A DNA stretch of 64,000 bases from an uncultured Eubacteriales bacterium (GTDB taxonomy: Bacteria; Bacillota; Clostridia; Lachnospirales; CAMVHY01). The number at the start of each line of letters is the position of its first letter. Position 1 is the first letter of the stretch. The notes beneath the pieces are model-generated. The model did not search any database, was not told where the DNA came from, and worked only from the letters and a program-made list of their open reading frames with translations. Below, one piece after another: positions 40,570-51,182 of this stretch. Both the position numbers and the translations under genes were made by a program. The DNA lies in contig CAOVHW010000002.1 in assembly GCA_948543815.1 (NCBI GenBank), positions 89,215 through 153,214 of the forward strand, given 5' to 3'.

Positions 40570-41349
40570 TTGTACGGAAAAATTATCAAAGATGACGCCA
40601 GATATGATTACACGCAAAAATTTTTAGAGGCTAAAGGAATAAAATTTGGAGATGAAAATAGCAATCCAAATTTTATTTTATTTCCATTTAAAGAAAAAAT
40701 TGATAACACATTTGATGAAAAATTTTTCAGCAATTTAAGTAAAGATATATTGATTTTCAGCGGTATTGAAAACAGTTATCTAAAATCTGTTTGTAAAAAA
40801 AATAATTTAAAGTATGAAGCACTGATGAATTCCAATTACATTTCAATTTTAAACGCGATTCCAACAGCCGAAGGAATTATTTCGTACTTAATCCAAAATC
40901 GTATAACAACAATTGCAAATTCAAATATTCTTATCATTGGCTACGGACGCTGCGGAAAAGTTTTAGCCGATAAATTGTTGTCATTAGGAGCAAAAATTTT
41001 TGTAAATACTTTAAACAAATCCGATTACGCAATTGCCATAACACACAAAATTATTCCAAATCCACAAATTAATTTTAGGCAAAAAAATTTTGACATAATA
41101 ATAAATACGGCGCCGGCTCAAACAATTTCGGATGAAGATTTAAAACTTTTATCAGATGAAACTTTGTTGATAGATATAACTTCAGTGGGATTCGATATTG
41201 ATATTGCGCAAAAAAAGAATGCAAAATCGGCACGACTTTTATCAATACCGGCGAAATTTGCATTACAAACAGCCGGTGAAATTTTAGGTGAATATATTTA
41301 TAAGAAGGTGTTGAAATGTTCACAGGAAAAAAAATCGGATTTGGCATAA
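40570..41349 (+). CDS. dpaA: Dipicolinate synthase subunit A
   Basis: IIKDDARYDY N-terminus and Rossmann motif IIGYGRCGKVLA, followed by dpaB. GGAGGTG lies 6 nt before TTG 40570; the track's ATG 40555 has no SD. Confidence 0.75.
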   Translation: MYGKIIKDDARYDYTQKFLEAKGIKFGDENSNPNFILFPFKEKIDNTFDEKFFSNLSKDILIFSGIENSYLKSVCKKNNLKYEALMNSNYISILNAIPTAEGIISYLIQNRITTIANSNILIIGYGRCGKVLADKLLSLGAKIFVNTLNKSDYAIAITHKIIPNPQINFRQKNFDIIINTAPAQTISDEDLKLLSDETLLIDITSVGFDIDIAQKKNAKSARLLSIPAKFALQTAGEILGEYIYKKVLKCSQEKKSDLA

Positions 41350-41909
41350 CTGGCTCATTTTGCTCAATCAACAATATATTTGAGTTAATCGAGCAATTAC
41401 AAAATGATGGTGCAGAAATTTTTTGTTTTGTCACGCCAAATGTTTTTAACTTGGACAACAGATTTAACAATGCAAACGAACTCATAAAAAAATTGGAAGA
41501 TATTACGAAAAAAAGTGTTGTGAGCGAAATAACGAAAGCAGAAAAATTTGGACCGTTTTGTCCATTAGATTGTATGGTTATTGCGCCGATAACGGGGAAT
41601 TCTTTAGCAAAACTTGCGAATGGAATTATTGATAACGCTGTGTTGATGTCAGCAAAGACAACTTTACGTAACAGAAAACCGGTAGTTCTTGCTCCATTTA
41701 CAAACGATGCACTAGGTATCAATGGAACAAATATTATGAAATTGATGAATACGAAAAAAATATTTTTTGTGCCATTTGGTCAAGATGATCCGATAAAAAA
41801 ACCTACGAGTATGACATCTGATATAAAAAAATTGCGGGATACAATAAATGAGGCAATGAATGAGCGCCAAATTCAACCGGTTATAATAGAGAATTTTCAT
41901 CATGAATAA
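41316..41909 (+). CDS. dpaB: Dipicolinate synthase subunit B (flavoprotein family)
   Basis: KKIGFGITGSFCSI, APITGNSLAKLANGIIDNAV. 197 aa. Overlaps the dpaA end by 34 nt, with an AAGGTG SD. Confidence 0.85.
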   Translation: MFTGKKIGFGITGSFCSINNIFELIEQLQNDGAEIFCFVTPNVFNLDNRFNNANELIKKLEDITKKSVVSEITKAEKFGPFCPLDCMVIAPITGNSLAKLANGIIDNAVLMSAKTTLRNRKPVVLAPFTNDALGINGTNIMKLMNTKKIFFVPFGQDDPIKKPTSMTSDIKKLRDTINEAMNERQIQPVIIENFHHE

Positions 41910-41974
41910 AATTTTTGACATTGGTTATAATTTATTTATCCCCCACTTTACCCTTTTTGAAACAAAATTGAATT

Positions 41975-41997
41975 AATCCGCGCGAGCGGATTTTTTT
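41975..41997. terminator. Bidirectional terminator between dpaB and holA
   Basis: GC-rich hairpin aatccgc-gcga-gcggatt followed by T7, with an A/T-rich run on the other side. Confidence 0.7.
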
Positions 41998-42967
41998 AGT
42001 TGCAATATTTTACAATTAAAGTTTCGAGTGCAAGTTTATCAACAATTTGACCAGTTTTTATTTTATAATCGATTTTCGAACATTCCTTTATTGCGGAAAT
42101 TAATTTTTCACAAGAAAAATTTTGAGCTTGTCGTAAACAATCATTGACAATAAAACTTCTGATACCTAATTTTTGTGCAATAGAATTTTCACCGATTTGT
42201 GCAAAAGTTTTTACCTGTAAAATCAAAGTAAATTGACGCGCTATCATCGTTAAAATCATCAACGGTTGTTCTTTAAGAAAAAGCAAATTATTATAATGTT
42301 CGAGTGCCAATTTTAAATTTTTATTTCCTATCGCAGCAACAAGATTAAAAATTCCAGCTTCAATAGTTTTCGTACAAAGCAAATTTATATCTGTCGCACA
42401 AATTTCTTTATCGCAATAGCAAATAAGTTTGTCCAATTCATTTTTCAAAAAATTCATATCGCCCATTGTCGTTTTTAAAATAAGTAAAGCGTTTTCATCA
42501 GAAATATTTTTGTCAGCGGCACTACAAACTTTTTTTATCCATTTGATTAATTCTTTGTCAGAAGGTGTTTTTATTTCAAATGCTTCCCCTACTTCACAAA
42601 TTTTTTTGTAAAGTTTGTTACGCTTATCAATTTTAGATTCCCAAAAAATAATTATAGAAGATTGTGGAAAATCAGTGATGTTATCAAAAATTAATTCTGT
42701 CTCATTTTTTTTACCACTGTAAAAAAATCCACTATCTTTAACAATTATCAAACGATATTGATTCATAAATGGCAACGCCATTGCAGAATTTATAATTGTT
42801 GTAGCATTTTCTTCAAAAAAATTGAAATTCATATCTGAAAAATCGTCAGGTATGATTTTTTTTTTGATTTGATTTATATAATGTTCAATTAAATAATTTT
42901 CAGTTCCATATAACAAATAAAAATTTTTCAGTCCATTTTTCTCAATCTGTTTCAAAAAATTTGACAA
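41996..42967 (-). CDS. holA: DNA polymerase III delta subunit
   Basis: 323 aa. FYLLYGTENYLIE N-terminus typical of HolA/YqeN, in the position immediately downstream of comEC as in Bacillus. TTG start abuts the comEC stop. Confidence 0.75.
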   Translation of the reverse strand: MSNFLKQIEKNGLKNFYLLYGTENYLIEHYINQIKKKIIPDDFSDMNFNFFEENATTIINSAMALPFMNQYRLIIVKDSGFFYSGKKNETELIFDNITDFPQSSIIIFWESKIDKRNKLYKKICEVGEAFEIKTPSDKELIKWIKKVCSAADKNISDENALLILKTTMGDMNFLKNELDKLICYCDKEICATDINLLCTKTIEAGIFNLVAAIGNKNLKLALEHYNNLLFLKEQPLMILTMIARQFTLILQVKTFAQIGENSIAQKLGIRSFIVNDCLRQAQNFSCEKLISAIKECSKIDYKIKTGQIVDKLALETLIVKYCN

Positions 42968-45253
42968 TTATTTCACCTTATTTAAAAAAGTTTTTTCATT
43001 AAAATTTAATTCACTTGAAATTTTAATTTTATCATTTAAAAATTTAATTGTAACCGCTCCACATTGAGCTGTGTCAAAAAGTTCAATATTCAAATCTTTT
43101 ACACGTTGTACAACTTCATCACTCGGATGTGAATAATAATTATTTACACCTGTGCTAACAAGTGCTAAAGTTGGATTGACTTTTTGTAAAAATTCTAATG
43201 TCGAAGAAGTTTTTGAACCATGATGAGCCAATTTTAAAATATCTGCACTGATATCTTCTGATAATATTTCATGCTCTGCATCTTTTTCAATATCGCCTGT
43301 AAATAAAATTTTGGTTTTCGGAAAATGTAATTTTAACACAAGAGATGAGTCATTATTACTCTTTGCAACTGTGTTTTCAAAAGGATAAATACATTGGAAA
43401 TAAAATTTTTTGTCGGGTAAAATATCGCCAGCTTTTAAATATTCTATAGGTACAGAAAATTTTTTGGCCTGTGCAAATAATTTTTGTGCTAATTCATCGT
43501 CTGAAAATTTTTGTGGTAAAAATATTTTACCAACACGTTTACTTTCCAACAACTCAATAATACCAGTGATATGATCGGCGTCAGAATGTGAAACAAAAAC
43601 TGCATCAATAAAATTTTTCGCTTCGTAATTTAAAAACGGTATTAAAATATTTTGTCCGGTATTGTTTCCAATATCTTGTGTTCGTTTGCCGCCGCCGTCA
43701 ATAACAAAAACTTTACCGCAGTCTATAACAAAGCAGTCCCCTTCCCCAACATCAAGCATTGTAATTTGAGTTGGCTTTGGAATGACAAAAGCAATTGCTA
43801 TACAAAAAATGAAAAATGACGAAAAAATGTAAAAATATTTTTTCATCGGCCTGCCAATCAAAAATAATATAAATAAAAAAAGCCAAATTAAATATAAACT
43901 GACAAAAAAAAGATTTATGTGCCCCGTTAATATTTTTGAAAACGGAAGTAATGTAAAAATTTCACATAATTTCTCGTAAAACCAAAGTAAAATTAAAATT
44001 GGTGCAGAAATAAAACTTGCCAGATGCAAATTAATCAAGCCGATAAATCCAACAATAAATCCTAGCGCAACAATTAAAGCGATACTTGGCAAGACAAACA
44101 AATTTATAAATATGCTGTACGGTGTGAGATAAAAAAAATAGTACGCATTGACAAGATAAGTAATTAATGATGCTGCAACAGATGCCGCAAAAAATTTATT
44201 CGCACGAAAAAATTTGATTGCCGGAAATTTTAATCCAATCAGCATTAAACCTCTGTCGATTGGTTCGGTAAAAACTGCAATTCCAAATACGGCACCAAAT
44301 GAATATTCAAATCCAATGTCGAAAATGCAAAAAGGATTGAACAACATAAGTAACAAACTGCAAAATGATAGCGACGTTAGCAGATCACCTTCACGATAAA
44401 TTAATTGTCCAACAATAATTACAATAGCCATAATTACAGCACGGATAGTTGAAATACTTGCACCTGTCATCAAACAATATAGACATAAAATTAAAATGCA
44501 AAGTACGCACGAATTTCTTTTCCCAAAAATAAATTTTAATAAATAATTGACGAGCAATGCAATTATTGAAATATGTAAACCAGAGATGGCTAAGATGTGA
44601 TAAATTCCGGCGGATTTGTAAAGTTGACTTGTATAATCATCAATTTCAGATTTTTCACCAATAATCATGGCTTTTAAAATTCCGGCTTCTTTGGTTTCAA
44701 AAATAATGTCGTAAACGTTACCTAAATTATTTTTAAATTTTTCAAGCATATAAAGAAAATAATTTTGTCGACCACAATTTTTGATACTAACAGGAAAAAT
44801 TTTATATGATATTGATTTTGTCCGAAAATAATTTTCTTCATCAAAACCTCCAGGATTTCTACGTGGCTGTGGCAAAATAAATTTACCTTTTAAAATAATT
44901 TTATCACCAACAAATATATTATCGTCTGAAAAATAAGTTTGAACATTAAATTTTTTCCCTAAATAATTTACTTTAACCAGTGCACGATTATAATTTTTCA
45001 AAGCAACAATATTTTTCACAACGCCCTCAACTGTAATATTTTTTGATGGCAATTCCAAAACATTTTGTAAAAATTGTACGCGCAATAAACCGCAACTAAA
45101 TATTGCAAAAAAAATTAGCATGGTTTTTATTCCATGCTTGAAATAAATATAAAACAAAGCGAAAAAAATTACGATACAAAATAAATAATTTGCCTGTGAA
45201 AAAATTATTCCTAACATAAAAAATATTGCGCTCACAAATAATGGTCTTTTCAT
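42968..45253 (-). CDS. comEC: DNA internalization competence protein ComEC/Rec2
   Basis: N-terminal OB/DUF4131 region, polytopic competence domain and C-terminal metallo-beta-lactamase domain (VFVSHSDADHITG, LKLAHHGSKTS). 761 aa. Confidence 0.85.
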   Translation of the reverse strand: MKRPLFVSAIFFMLGIIFSQANYLFCIVIFFALFYIYFKHGIKTMLIFFAIFSCGLLRVQFLQNVLELPSKNITVEGVVKNIVALKNYNRALVKVNYLGKKFNVQTYFSDDNIFVGDKIILKGKFILPQPRRNPGGFDEENYFRTKSISYKIFPVSIKNCGRQNYFLYMLEKFKNNLGNVYDIIFETKEAGILKAMIIGEKSEIDDYTSQLYKSAGIYHILAISGLHISIIALLVNYLLKFIFGKRNSCVLCILILCLYCLMTGASISTIRAVIMAIVIIVGQLIYREGDLLTSLSFCSLLLMLFNPFCIFDIGFEYSFGAVFGIAVFTEPIDRGLMLIGLKFPAIKFFRANKFFAASVAASLITYLVNAYYFFYLTPYSIFINLFVLPSIALIVALGFIVGFIGLINLHLASFISAPILILLWFYEKLCEIFTLLPFSKILTGHINLFFVSLYLIWLFLFILFLIGRPMKKYFYIFSSFFIFCIAIAFVIPKPTQITMLDVGEGDCFVIDCGKVFVIDGGGKRTQDIGNNTGQNILIPFLNYEAKNFIDAVFVSHSDADHITGIIELLESKRVGKIFLPQKFSDDELAQKLFAQAKKFSVPIEYLKAGDILPDKKFYFQCIYPFENTVAKSNNDSSLVLKLHFPKTKILFTGDIEKDAEHEILSEDISADILKLAHHGSKTSSTLEFLQKVNPTLALVSTGVNNYYSHPSDEVVQRVKDLNIELFDTAQCGAVTIKFLNDKIKISSELNFNEKTFLNKVK

Positions 45254-46146
45254 TTTTTATCACGATAAATAATTTTTTCATTACGCTCGATTGGTTTGTT
45301 TAACCATTTAGGTTGATTTGTCTTTTCAGATTCAATAAGAAATTGAACTTTGTTAATATTTTTTAACTCTGTCAAAGAATTTACAATGGAATAAAGTGCA
45401 AATTTTTGGTTATCATTATCATTATTTTTATTTGTAAATTCTCCGCTTAAACTTACATAACAAATATCTTTGTCAGTTTTTACATCACAAATTTTAGTAT
45501 CAGGCGAGACCGTTGCCGATAAATCAGAACTACTTGGCCCTAAAATTATTTGTTCTAAAATATATTTTTCAATTGGCTGATTAAGGTCAATATTTATTAA
45601 CCTATCTTGCGCACATAATTTATTGTCTTTGCGAAAATATAATTTTACAATTTGTGAATCTGTTTTTTCATCAGAAATTTCAGGATTAATAACAATGTTG
45701 CTGCGATTTAAAACACCTATTGGCGTTCCGTCAATTTTTTGTAATTCCTGCCCATCAACAAAAATTTTTACATTATCTACAAAATCTAAATCAGTTAAAG
45801 TCCAAACAAGTGCACTACGAAAAAATAATTCATCAGGCAAATTTTTATATTGCGATGAAAAATCGATTGTAACGGTTTTATCATTCAAATAAATTTTTTT
45901 TACATCTACATTTGTGAGTTGAAACGCAGATAATTTTTTATTTTTAGGTTCAGAAAATAAAATCTCAATAGTTTGGCGTAAAATATTTTCTTTATCGAGG
46001 TTATTGCCAATATTTCTTTTTTCGCTTTTCAATAAATTTTTTGCTGCGTTTGGGAAATAAGCTTCAACTTTAATTTTATTCTTTTCATTTAAAATGGAGA
46101 ACATTAAAATTATTCCTGCACATATAAAAATTAATGCCTTTTTCAT
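45250..46146 (-). CDS. GerM-domain lipoprotein-like protein (two GerMN repeats)
   Basis: Signal/lipobox-like MKKALIFICAGIILMFS. Two repeats resembling GerMN domains (VKLYFRKDN...LEQIILGPS, TIDFSSQY / YVSLSGEF). GGAGAG SD before ATG 46146. Confidence 0.6.
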   Translation of the reverse strand: MKKALIFICAGIILMFSILNEKNKIKVEAYFPNAAKNLLKSEKRNIGNNLDKENILRQTIEILFSEPKNKKLSAFQLTNVDVKKIYLNDKTVTIDFSSQYKNLPDELFFRSALVWTLTDLDFVDNVKIFVDGQELQKIDGTPIGVLNRSNIVINPEISDEKTDSQIVKLYFRKDNKLCAQDRLINIDLNQPIEKYILEQIILGPSSSDLSATVSPDTKICDVKTDKDICYVSLSGEFTNKNNDNDNQKFALYSIVNSLTELKNINKVQFLIESEKTNQPKWLNKPIERNEKIIYRDKK

Positions 46147-46199
46147 TTTGAAAAGCACTCTCCTTTTTTTAACATTATACATTTGGTAATTATTTAGTG

Positions 46200-48149
46200 C
46201 TATATTTTCAAATCATAATTTTTTATAAAATTTTCCTCTGTGATGATAGGAATCCCAAGTGTTATAGCTTTTTGATTTTTTTCAGATTTAGATGACAAAT
46301 TATTATTTATTAAAGCAGTAGTTTTTTTTGAGACTGAGGAAGAAACTTTTCCGCCAAGCATTTCGATAAAATTTATAAATTCCTTACGATTTTTAAATTT
46401 TTCAAGATCACCGGTAATAACAAAGGATAATCCATTCAAAATTTTATCATCGGTAACAGTTACTGATTTAAAATTCAATATCGGTAAAATTTTGTCAAGG
46501 AGTTCAATATTTTCGATGTCAGAAAAATATTCGCAAACAGATTTTGCAATAGCCGATCCAAAACCATGAATATTATTAATTTCATCAAACGTTGCCGATT
46601 TTATTTTTTCAATATCATTGTTAAATTCCATGCACAAACTTTTAGCATTACTAAGCCCAACACGATTTATACCTAACGCATAAATTAAGTTATATAAAAA
46701 AACATTTTTGGATTTTTCAATTGCTGTCATTAAATTTGTATAAAGTTTGTGATTTTTATTAGGACTTTTTGAATCAAGTACTTGGTAAAATTTTATTTCC
46801 TGCTCATACTTTTTTAATTCATAGATGTCAGTATAATTTTTCAAAAATCCATGCGCGACAAATTTTTTTATAATCATTTCTGATAAACCTTCGATATTCA
46901 TTGCGTCACGGCTCGCAAAATGTACGAGCGACATAATTAATTTTGCGCTGCAATTTGGATTTACACAATATAAAAATTTTCCACTGTTAATCTGAATAAT
47001 TTCGGTGTTGTGATGACAAACCGGACACTTCTTAGGAATTTGCGCATTGTTACTACGTGTCAAATTATCAGCAATTTGCGGAATAATCATATTAGCTTTG
47101 TAAACTTTTATTGTATCGCCAATCCCCAATTCTAAATTATTTATGAAATTTATGTTATGAAGTGATGCTTTATTTATTTTTGTCCCATCGAGCTCAATAG
47201 GCTCAAATATCGCAATCGGATTTATTAAACCAGTCCGCGATGTATTCCACTCAATATCCAAAAGTTTTGTCGTTTTCGTTTCATCCGCCCATTTAAAAGC
47301 AATTGAATCGCGTGGAAATTTATTTGTAACGCCAAGAAATTTACTGTATGCAATATCGTCCAAAGTTAAAACTAATCCGTCGGCGGCAAAACCAAAATTT
47401 TTAACACGCGATTTAAAGTCCGCGACATCATCAAAAATTTTTTGTGCATCAGTAATTTTAAACTCAACAACATCAAAGCCTAAATTTTTAAGCCATAGCA
47501 ATTTTTGCATTTTAGAATTTTTAAAATCAATATCTTTTGACAAAACCAAATCAAATGCAAAAAAATGAACTGGCCTATTAGTTTGCGGTATCAAATTGCG
47601 AACGGTTCCACTGCAAAGATTTCTCGGATTTTTATACTTAAAATTTTCATTTATAGCATTAAAATTTTCGTAAGAAATTACAGCTTCACCGCGCACAATT
47701 AATTTTTTGGTATAAGAAATTTTTTTCGGCAAGTTTGTAAAAATACTTGCATTATGTGTAATATCTTCGCCAATTTCACCGTTACCACGCGTAATTATTT
47801 GACGTAAATTTCCACTGTCATATATCAAAACAATTGTCAGCCCATCAAGTTTCCATGAAAGCAAACCGATTTTATCTGTCAAAAATTCTTTAAGTTTATC
47901 AATGCTTTTTGTTTTGTCAAGTGATAACATTTTTTTTTCATGAACAACTTTTTTTAACGCATTGCTAATTTTTGCACCAACCTTTTGAGTTGGACTATCT
48001 GGTAAAATCACATTTAATTTTTTTTCAAGATTTATTAATTCATCATACAATTTGTCATATTCATAATCAGAAATTAATTCATCGTCGGAATTATAATATG
48101 CAAAGGAAGCTTGATTAAGTTTGTCAACTAAATTTTTCATTTGTTCCAT
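46200..48149 (-). CDS. ligA: NAD-dependent DNA ligase
   Basis: Adenylation motif SWKLDGLT, Zn finger CPVCHH...CVNPNC, HhH region and C-terminal BRCT (FVITGDL). 649 aa. Confidence 0.9.
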   Translation of the reverse strand: MEQMKNLVDKLNQASFAYYNSDDELISDYEYDKLYDELINLEKKLNVILPDSPTQKVGAKISNALKKVVHEKKMLSLDKTKSIDKLKEFLTDKIGLLSWKLDGLTIVLIYDSGNLRQIITRGNGEIGEDITHNASIFTNLPKKISYTKKLIVRGEAVISYENFNAINENFKYKNPRNLCSGTVRNLIPQTNRPVHFFAFDLVLSKDIDFKNSKMQKLLWLKNLGFDVVEFKITDAQKIFDDVADFKSRVKNFGFAADGLVLTLDDIAYSKFLGVTNKFPRDSIAFKWADETKTTKLLDIEWNTSRTGLINPIAIFEPIELDGTKINKASLHNINFINNLELGIGDTIKVYKANMIIPQIADNLTRSNNAQIPKKCPVCHHNTEIIQINSGKFLYCVNPNCSAKLIMSLVHFASRDAMNIEGLSEMIIKKFVAHGFLKNYTDIYELKKYEQEIKFYQVLDSKSPNKNHKLYTNLMTAIEKSKNVFLYNLIYALGINRVGLSNAKSLCMEFNNDIEKIKSATFDEINNIHGFGSAIAKSVCEYFSDIENIELLDKILPILNFKSVTVTDDKILNGLSFVITGDLEKFKNRKEFINFIEMLGGKVSSSVSKKTTALINNNLSSKSEKNQKAITLGIPIITEENFIKNYDLKI

Positions 48150-48161
48150 AAAATTTTTCTC

Positions 48162-48611
48162 CTATCGATTTAATTGCCAAATTTCAAAATTTAAATAGCC
48201 CGCATAAATCAGCCAAAAAATATATGGCAACATTAACGTTGCAGCAATAATATTTGTTTTTGAAAATTCTTTCGTAGTAATTATAACCATAATGAACAAG
48301 AAAATCAGCCAAATAAATGAAAACAATTTTAGATCCAGGCCAAAAAAAAATATTGGCCATAAAAAATTTATCAAAAGTTGCATCGAATATAAATAATTCG
48401 CCTTCTTATTCTCACTCGCTAAAAAATTTGCTATCGCCATCAAAAAATATAAGATAACCCAAACAATAGGAAAAATAAATCCGGGCACAGAAAATGATGG
48501 TTTTATAAAATTTAAATATTTAGTTGAAATATCTCCGACAAGAAAGTTACTCAAAAATCCAATGAATTCCGCTATCAATAAATTAAAAATAAGACTTAAC
48601 AAAAAAATCAC
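48162..48611 (-). CDS. tspO: TspO/MBR family (tryptophan-rich sensory) protein
   Basis: Five TM helices with the PxxxFPIVWVILYFLMAIA and LLINFLWPIFFF motifs. 149 aa. Confidence 0.75.
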   Translation of the reverse strand: MIFLLSLIFNLLIAEFIGFLSNFLVGDISTKYLNFIKPSFSVPGFIFPIVWVILYFLMAIANFLASENKKANYLYSMQLLINFLWPIFFFGLDLKLFSFIWLIFLFIMVIITTKEFSKTNIIAATLMLPYIFWLIYAGYLNFEIWQLNR

Positions 48612-48763
48612 CTCAAATAAAAAAATCCATTACATATAAAATATGCAATGGATTTTATTTTGTTGATATATTTCTTATATATAAAGTAAAAATAATCACA
48701 ATGCTTTACATATTCGGTTTGATTTGATAAAATATATATATATGTAATATGGAGATGATAAAC

Positions 48764-50248
48764 ATGCAAAATCAAATTGAATTTTCTTCTCATGAAATTA
48801 AAATAATTGTGGTCTCTATCGTATTAAATATATTGGCTTATGTAATAAGTTCTGATGATACTGCTTTAATTGATAGTAATATAAACGAAATAATTTCAAA
48901 AAAAATTAGTGAATTAAATGATATAAAAATAGAATTAGAATTAGAAAGAAGCAATATTGATAGTAATGATAAAGAAGCTAAAAAAGAATTTGCTAAAAAA
49001 GAATCACAATTTAACAAGGATATTAAAAATTTATCTGCTGTAATGGCTTTTGTAAATGAAAATCCGGATATTGGTGAAATGCAACTTGTAGCAACAAGCG
49101 GAATGTTTAAGGGCAGCAACGGAAATAGAGAGTTCAACTCAGGAATCAATACATTTGCATTTTATGATAAAACAACTAAAACTATAGTAATCGCTGAACG
49201 TGGAACAGTTCCTGGAGAATGGGGAGACAATCAATATATGGTTACAAATGCTTTCACTGGCCAAGATTATCTAGCACTACAATTACGTAAAAGATTTAAT
49301 GCTGAATTTCAAGAGAAAGATATTGAAATAGAAAAGGTAATTGAAACTGGACATTCAAAAGGTGGCAATAAATCTTTAAAAAGTCATATTTTTTATATCA
49401 CGCAAGAAATAAATAAAATTGTCGAAAGTTCTGAAACTCCAGAAAATAAAATAAAAGCAATTAATAATTTATTAGAAAAATATTATTGCATAACTGAGAA
49501 TGCCCCGTGGTTATCTAATGAGACAATGGAATTTTTTCAAATGCAATTAGAACCTGCTTACAAAAATGGACTTATTCCTAGACCTGAAATTTTTATAAAA
49601 CAAATATTAGCTAAAAATATTATTATAGTAAATTGTGAAAATGATTATGTTAGCGCCATTAATGAACAAAATGTATTTGGTAAAAAATATATAACTGAAC
49701 AAACACATGGTACAGTGTTTGATGCTCATGCACCATTTATTTTTTTGGATATAGATGAAGATTTTGTTTTTAATGGCAAATTACCTAAAAGAAAAAATGA
49801 ATATGGAAAAATTCATATTACGTCACAAGATATTTTTGCAGATGTCAATAATTTGTCATCAGGCAAAAAAACTAGTGTACTTAATTTTTCTATGGTTACA
49901 GTGGATGATATCCTTATAAATAATTCAAATAAAAATATAACTAGACAAAATAATTATGTAGCGTTAAATCAAACTGAACAAAAAGAAATTAATAAAGCAA
50001 AATTTAAAGATGGATTAATGTTTTTGGGAATTGCTATAAAAACATTTTTTATAAAAGCATTATTAGTAATTATATTGGCAATAATAAAAATCCCACAAAA
50101 AATAAATGCTGCAAAAAATTTTGAAACATTATCCGCTAAATATACAAATAGTTTAGAAAAAAAATCATTATTAAAAGATAACAACTATATTGAAAATCAA
50201 GTTCCTCAAAGTCTAAAACAATTGCAATTAAAAGAAATGACAAATTAA
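48764..50248 (+). CDS. Membrane-anchored Mbeg1-like (DUF2974) alpha/beta hydrolase
   Basis: N-terminal TM helix, short coiled coil, FAFYDKTTKTIVIAERGT and the nucleophile elbow ETGHSKGGN typical of DUF2974 lipase-like proteins, and a C-terminal TM (LMFLGIAIKTFFIKALLVIILAII). GGAG lies 9 nt before ATG 48764. Confidence 0.6.
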   Translation: MQNQIEFSSHEIKIIVVSIVLNILAYVISSDDTALIDSNINEIISKKISELNDIKIELELERSNIDSNDKEAKKEFAKKESQFNKDIKNLSAVMAFVNENPDIGEMQLVATSGMFKGSNGNREFNSGINTFAFYDKTTKTIVIAERGTVPGEWGDNQYMVTNAFTGQDYLALQLRKRFNAEFQEKDIEIEKVIETGHSKGGNKSLKSHIFYITQEINKIVESSETPENKIKAINNLLEKYYCITENAPWLSNETMEFFQMQLEPAYKNGLIPRPEIFIKQILAKNIIIVNCENDYVSAINEQNVFGKKYITEQTHGTVFDAHAPFIFLDIDEDFVFNGKLPKRKNEYGKIHITSQDIFADVNNLSSGKKTSVLNFSMVTVDDILINNSNKNITRQNNYVALNQTEQKEINKAKFKDGLMFLGIAIKTFFIKALLVIILAIIKIPQKINAAKNFETLSAKYTNSLEKKSLLKDNNYIENQVPQSLKQLQLKEMTN

Positions 50249-50374
50249 CATTAATGTTATTATTTAAAATGTAAATCGTGTATTTTACAAATAAATTTTC
50301 ATATGTTTACACAAATTTTTTCGATTTTTTTCATAAATCAGTTTCAAAGAAACGATTTATGCAAAAAAATGATT

Positions 50375-51136
50375 TTAGAAATTTTCATATATTTCCTTCA
50401 ATTGTCGCGTATAATTTTTATTATCATCATAAATAATTAACGGCGGTAAAATTTTCAACATACTTTTTGAATTTTTAACGCCCTCAATCAAAATTAATTG
50501 AGATGGCAAATTAATAAATGAATGTACAATTTGTAAAGTTTTTGGTTCTAAATTAAATTTTCGCATAAAATAAAAAATATCTGTCAATCTTTGCGGACGA
50601 TGTACCATAAAAAATTTACCGCCATTTTTTAAAACAGTAGCAGCATTTGAAATTACGTCTGTAATATTACACAAAATTTCGTGGCGTGCAATAGCCTTCG
50701 CCATATTTTTATTTATCGCTCCCGAATTTAAATACGGTGGATTTGTAACTACAACGTCAAATTTATTTTTATAATTTTGTCCAATATTTTTGACATCACC
50801 ATGAATAATTTCAATTTTATCTTGTAAATTGTTGAGCAAAAGATTTCGCCTTGCTAAATCAACACATTCATTTTGAATTTCCAAACCAATAATTTTTTTG
50901 ACATTTAATTTTGCCGCTAAAAGAATACATATGACACCATTACCACAACCCAAATCGATAATGGTGTCATTTTTTTTGGCACGCACAAAATTTGCTAACA
51001 AAACAGAATCCAGTCCGAAACAAAATTTTTGTGGATCCTGAATAATTTTGTAATTACTGAAGTTCAAATTATCTAATCTTTCATTTTTATTGATAAAAAA
51101 ATTTTCTGACATAAAAAAAATAATCAACCCAATCAT
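50375..51136 (-). CDS. SAM-dependent methyltransferase (tRNA m6A37 TrmN6/YfiC-like)
   Basis: SAM motif I IIDLGCGNGV and the N6-MTase motif VVTNPPY. The start could also be ATG 51112. Confidence 0.65.
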   Translation of the reverse strand: MIGLIIFFMSENFFINKNERLDNLNFSNYKIIQDPQKFCFGLDSVLLANFVRAKKNDTIIDLGCGNGVICILLAAKLNVKKIIGLEIQNECVDLARRNLLLNNLQDKIEIIHGDVKNIGQNYKNKFDVVVTNPPYLNSGAINKNMAKAIARHEILCNITDVISNAATVLKNGGKFFMVHRPQRLTDIFYFMRKFNLEPKTLQIVHSFINLPSQLILIEGVKNSKSMLKILPPLIIYDDNKNYTRQLKEIYENF

Positions 51137-51182
51137 TTTCGTAATTAGGTTAATTATTATTTAAACGTTTTATTTTGTCAAG

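Noticed and set aside
41075-41722. 215-aa antisense ORF across dpaA/dpaB. Similar long shadow ORFs occur at 24442-24912, 17742-18032, 18522-18878, 27505-27924, 38912-39361 and 36947-37201.
   Set aside because: All lie opposite to, or out of frame within, genes that have strong family signatures. They have no SD sequences and have the skewed composition expected of shadow frames in AT-rich DNA.
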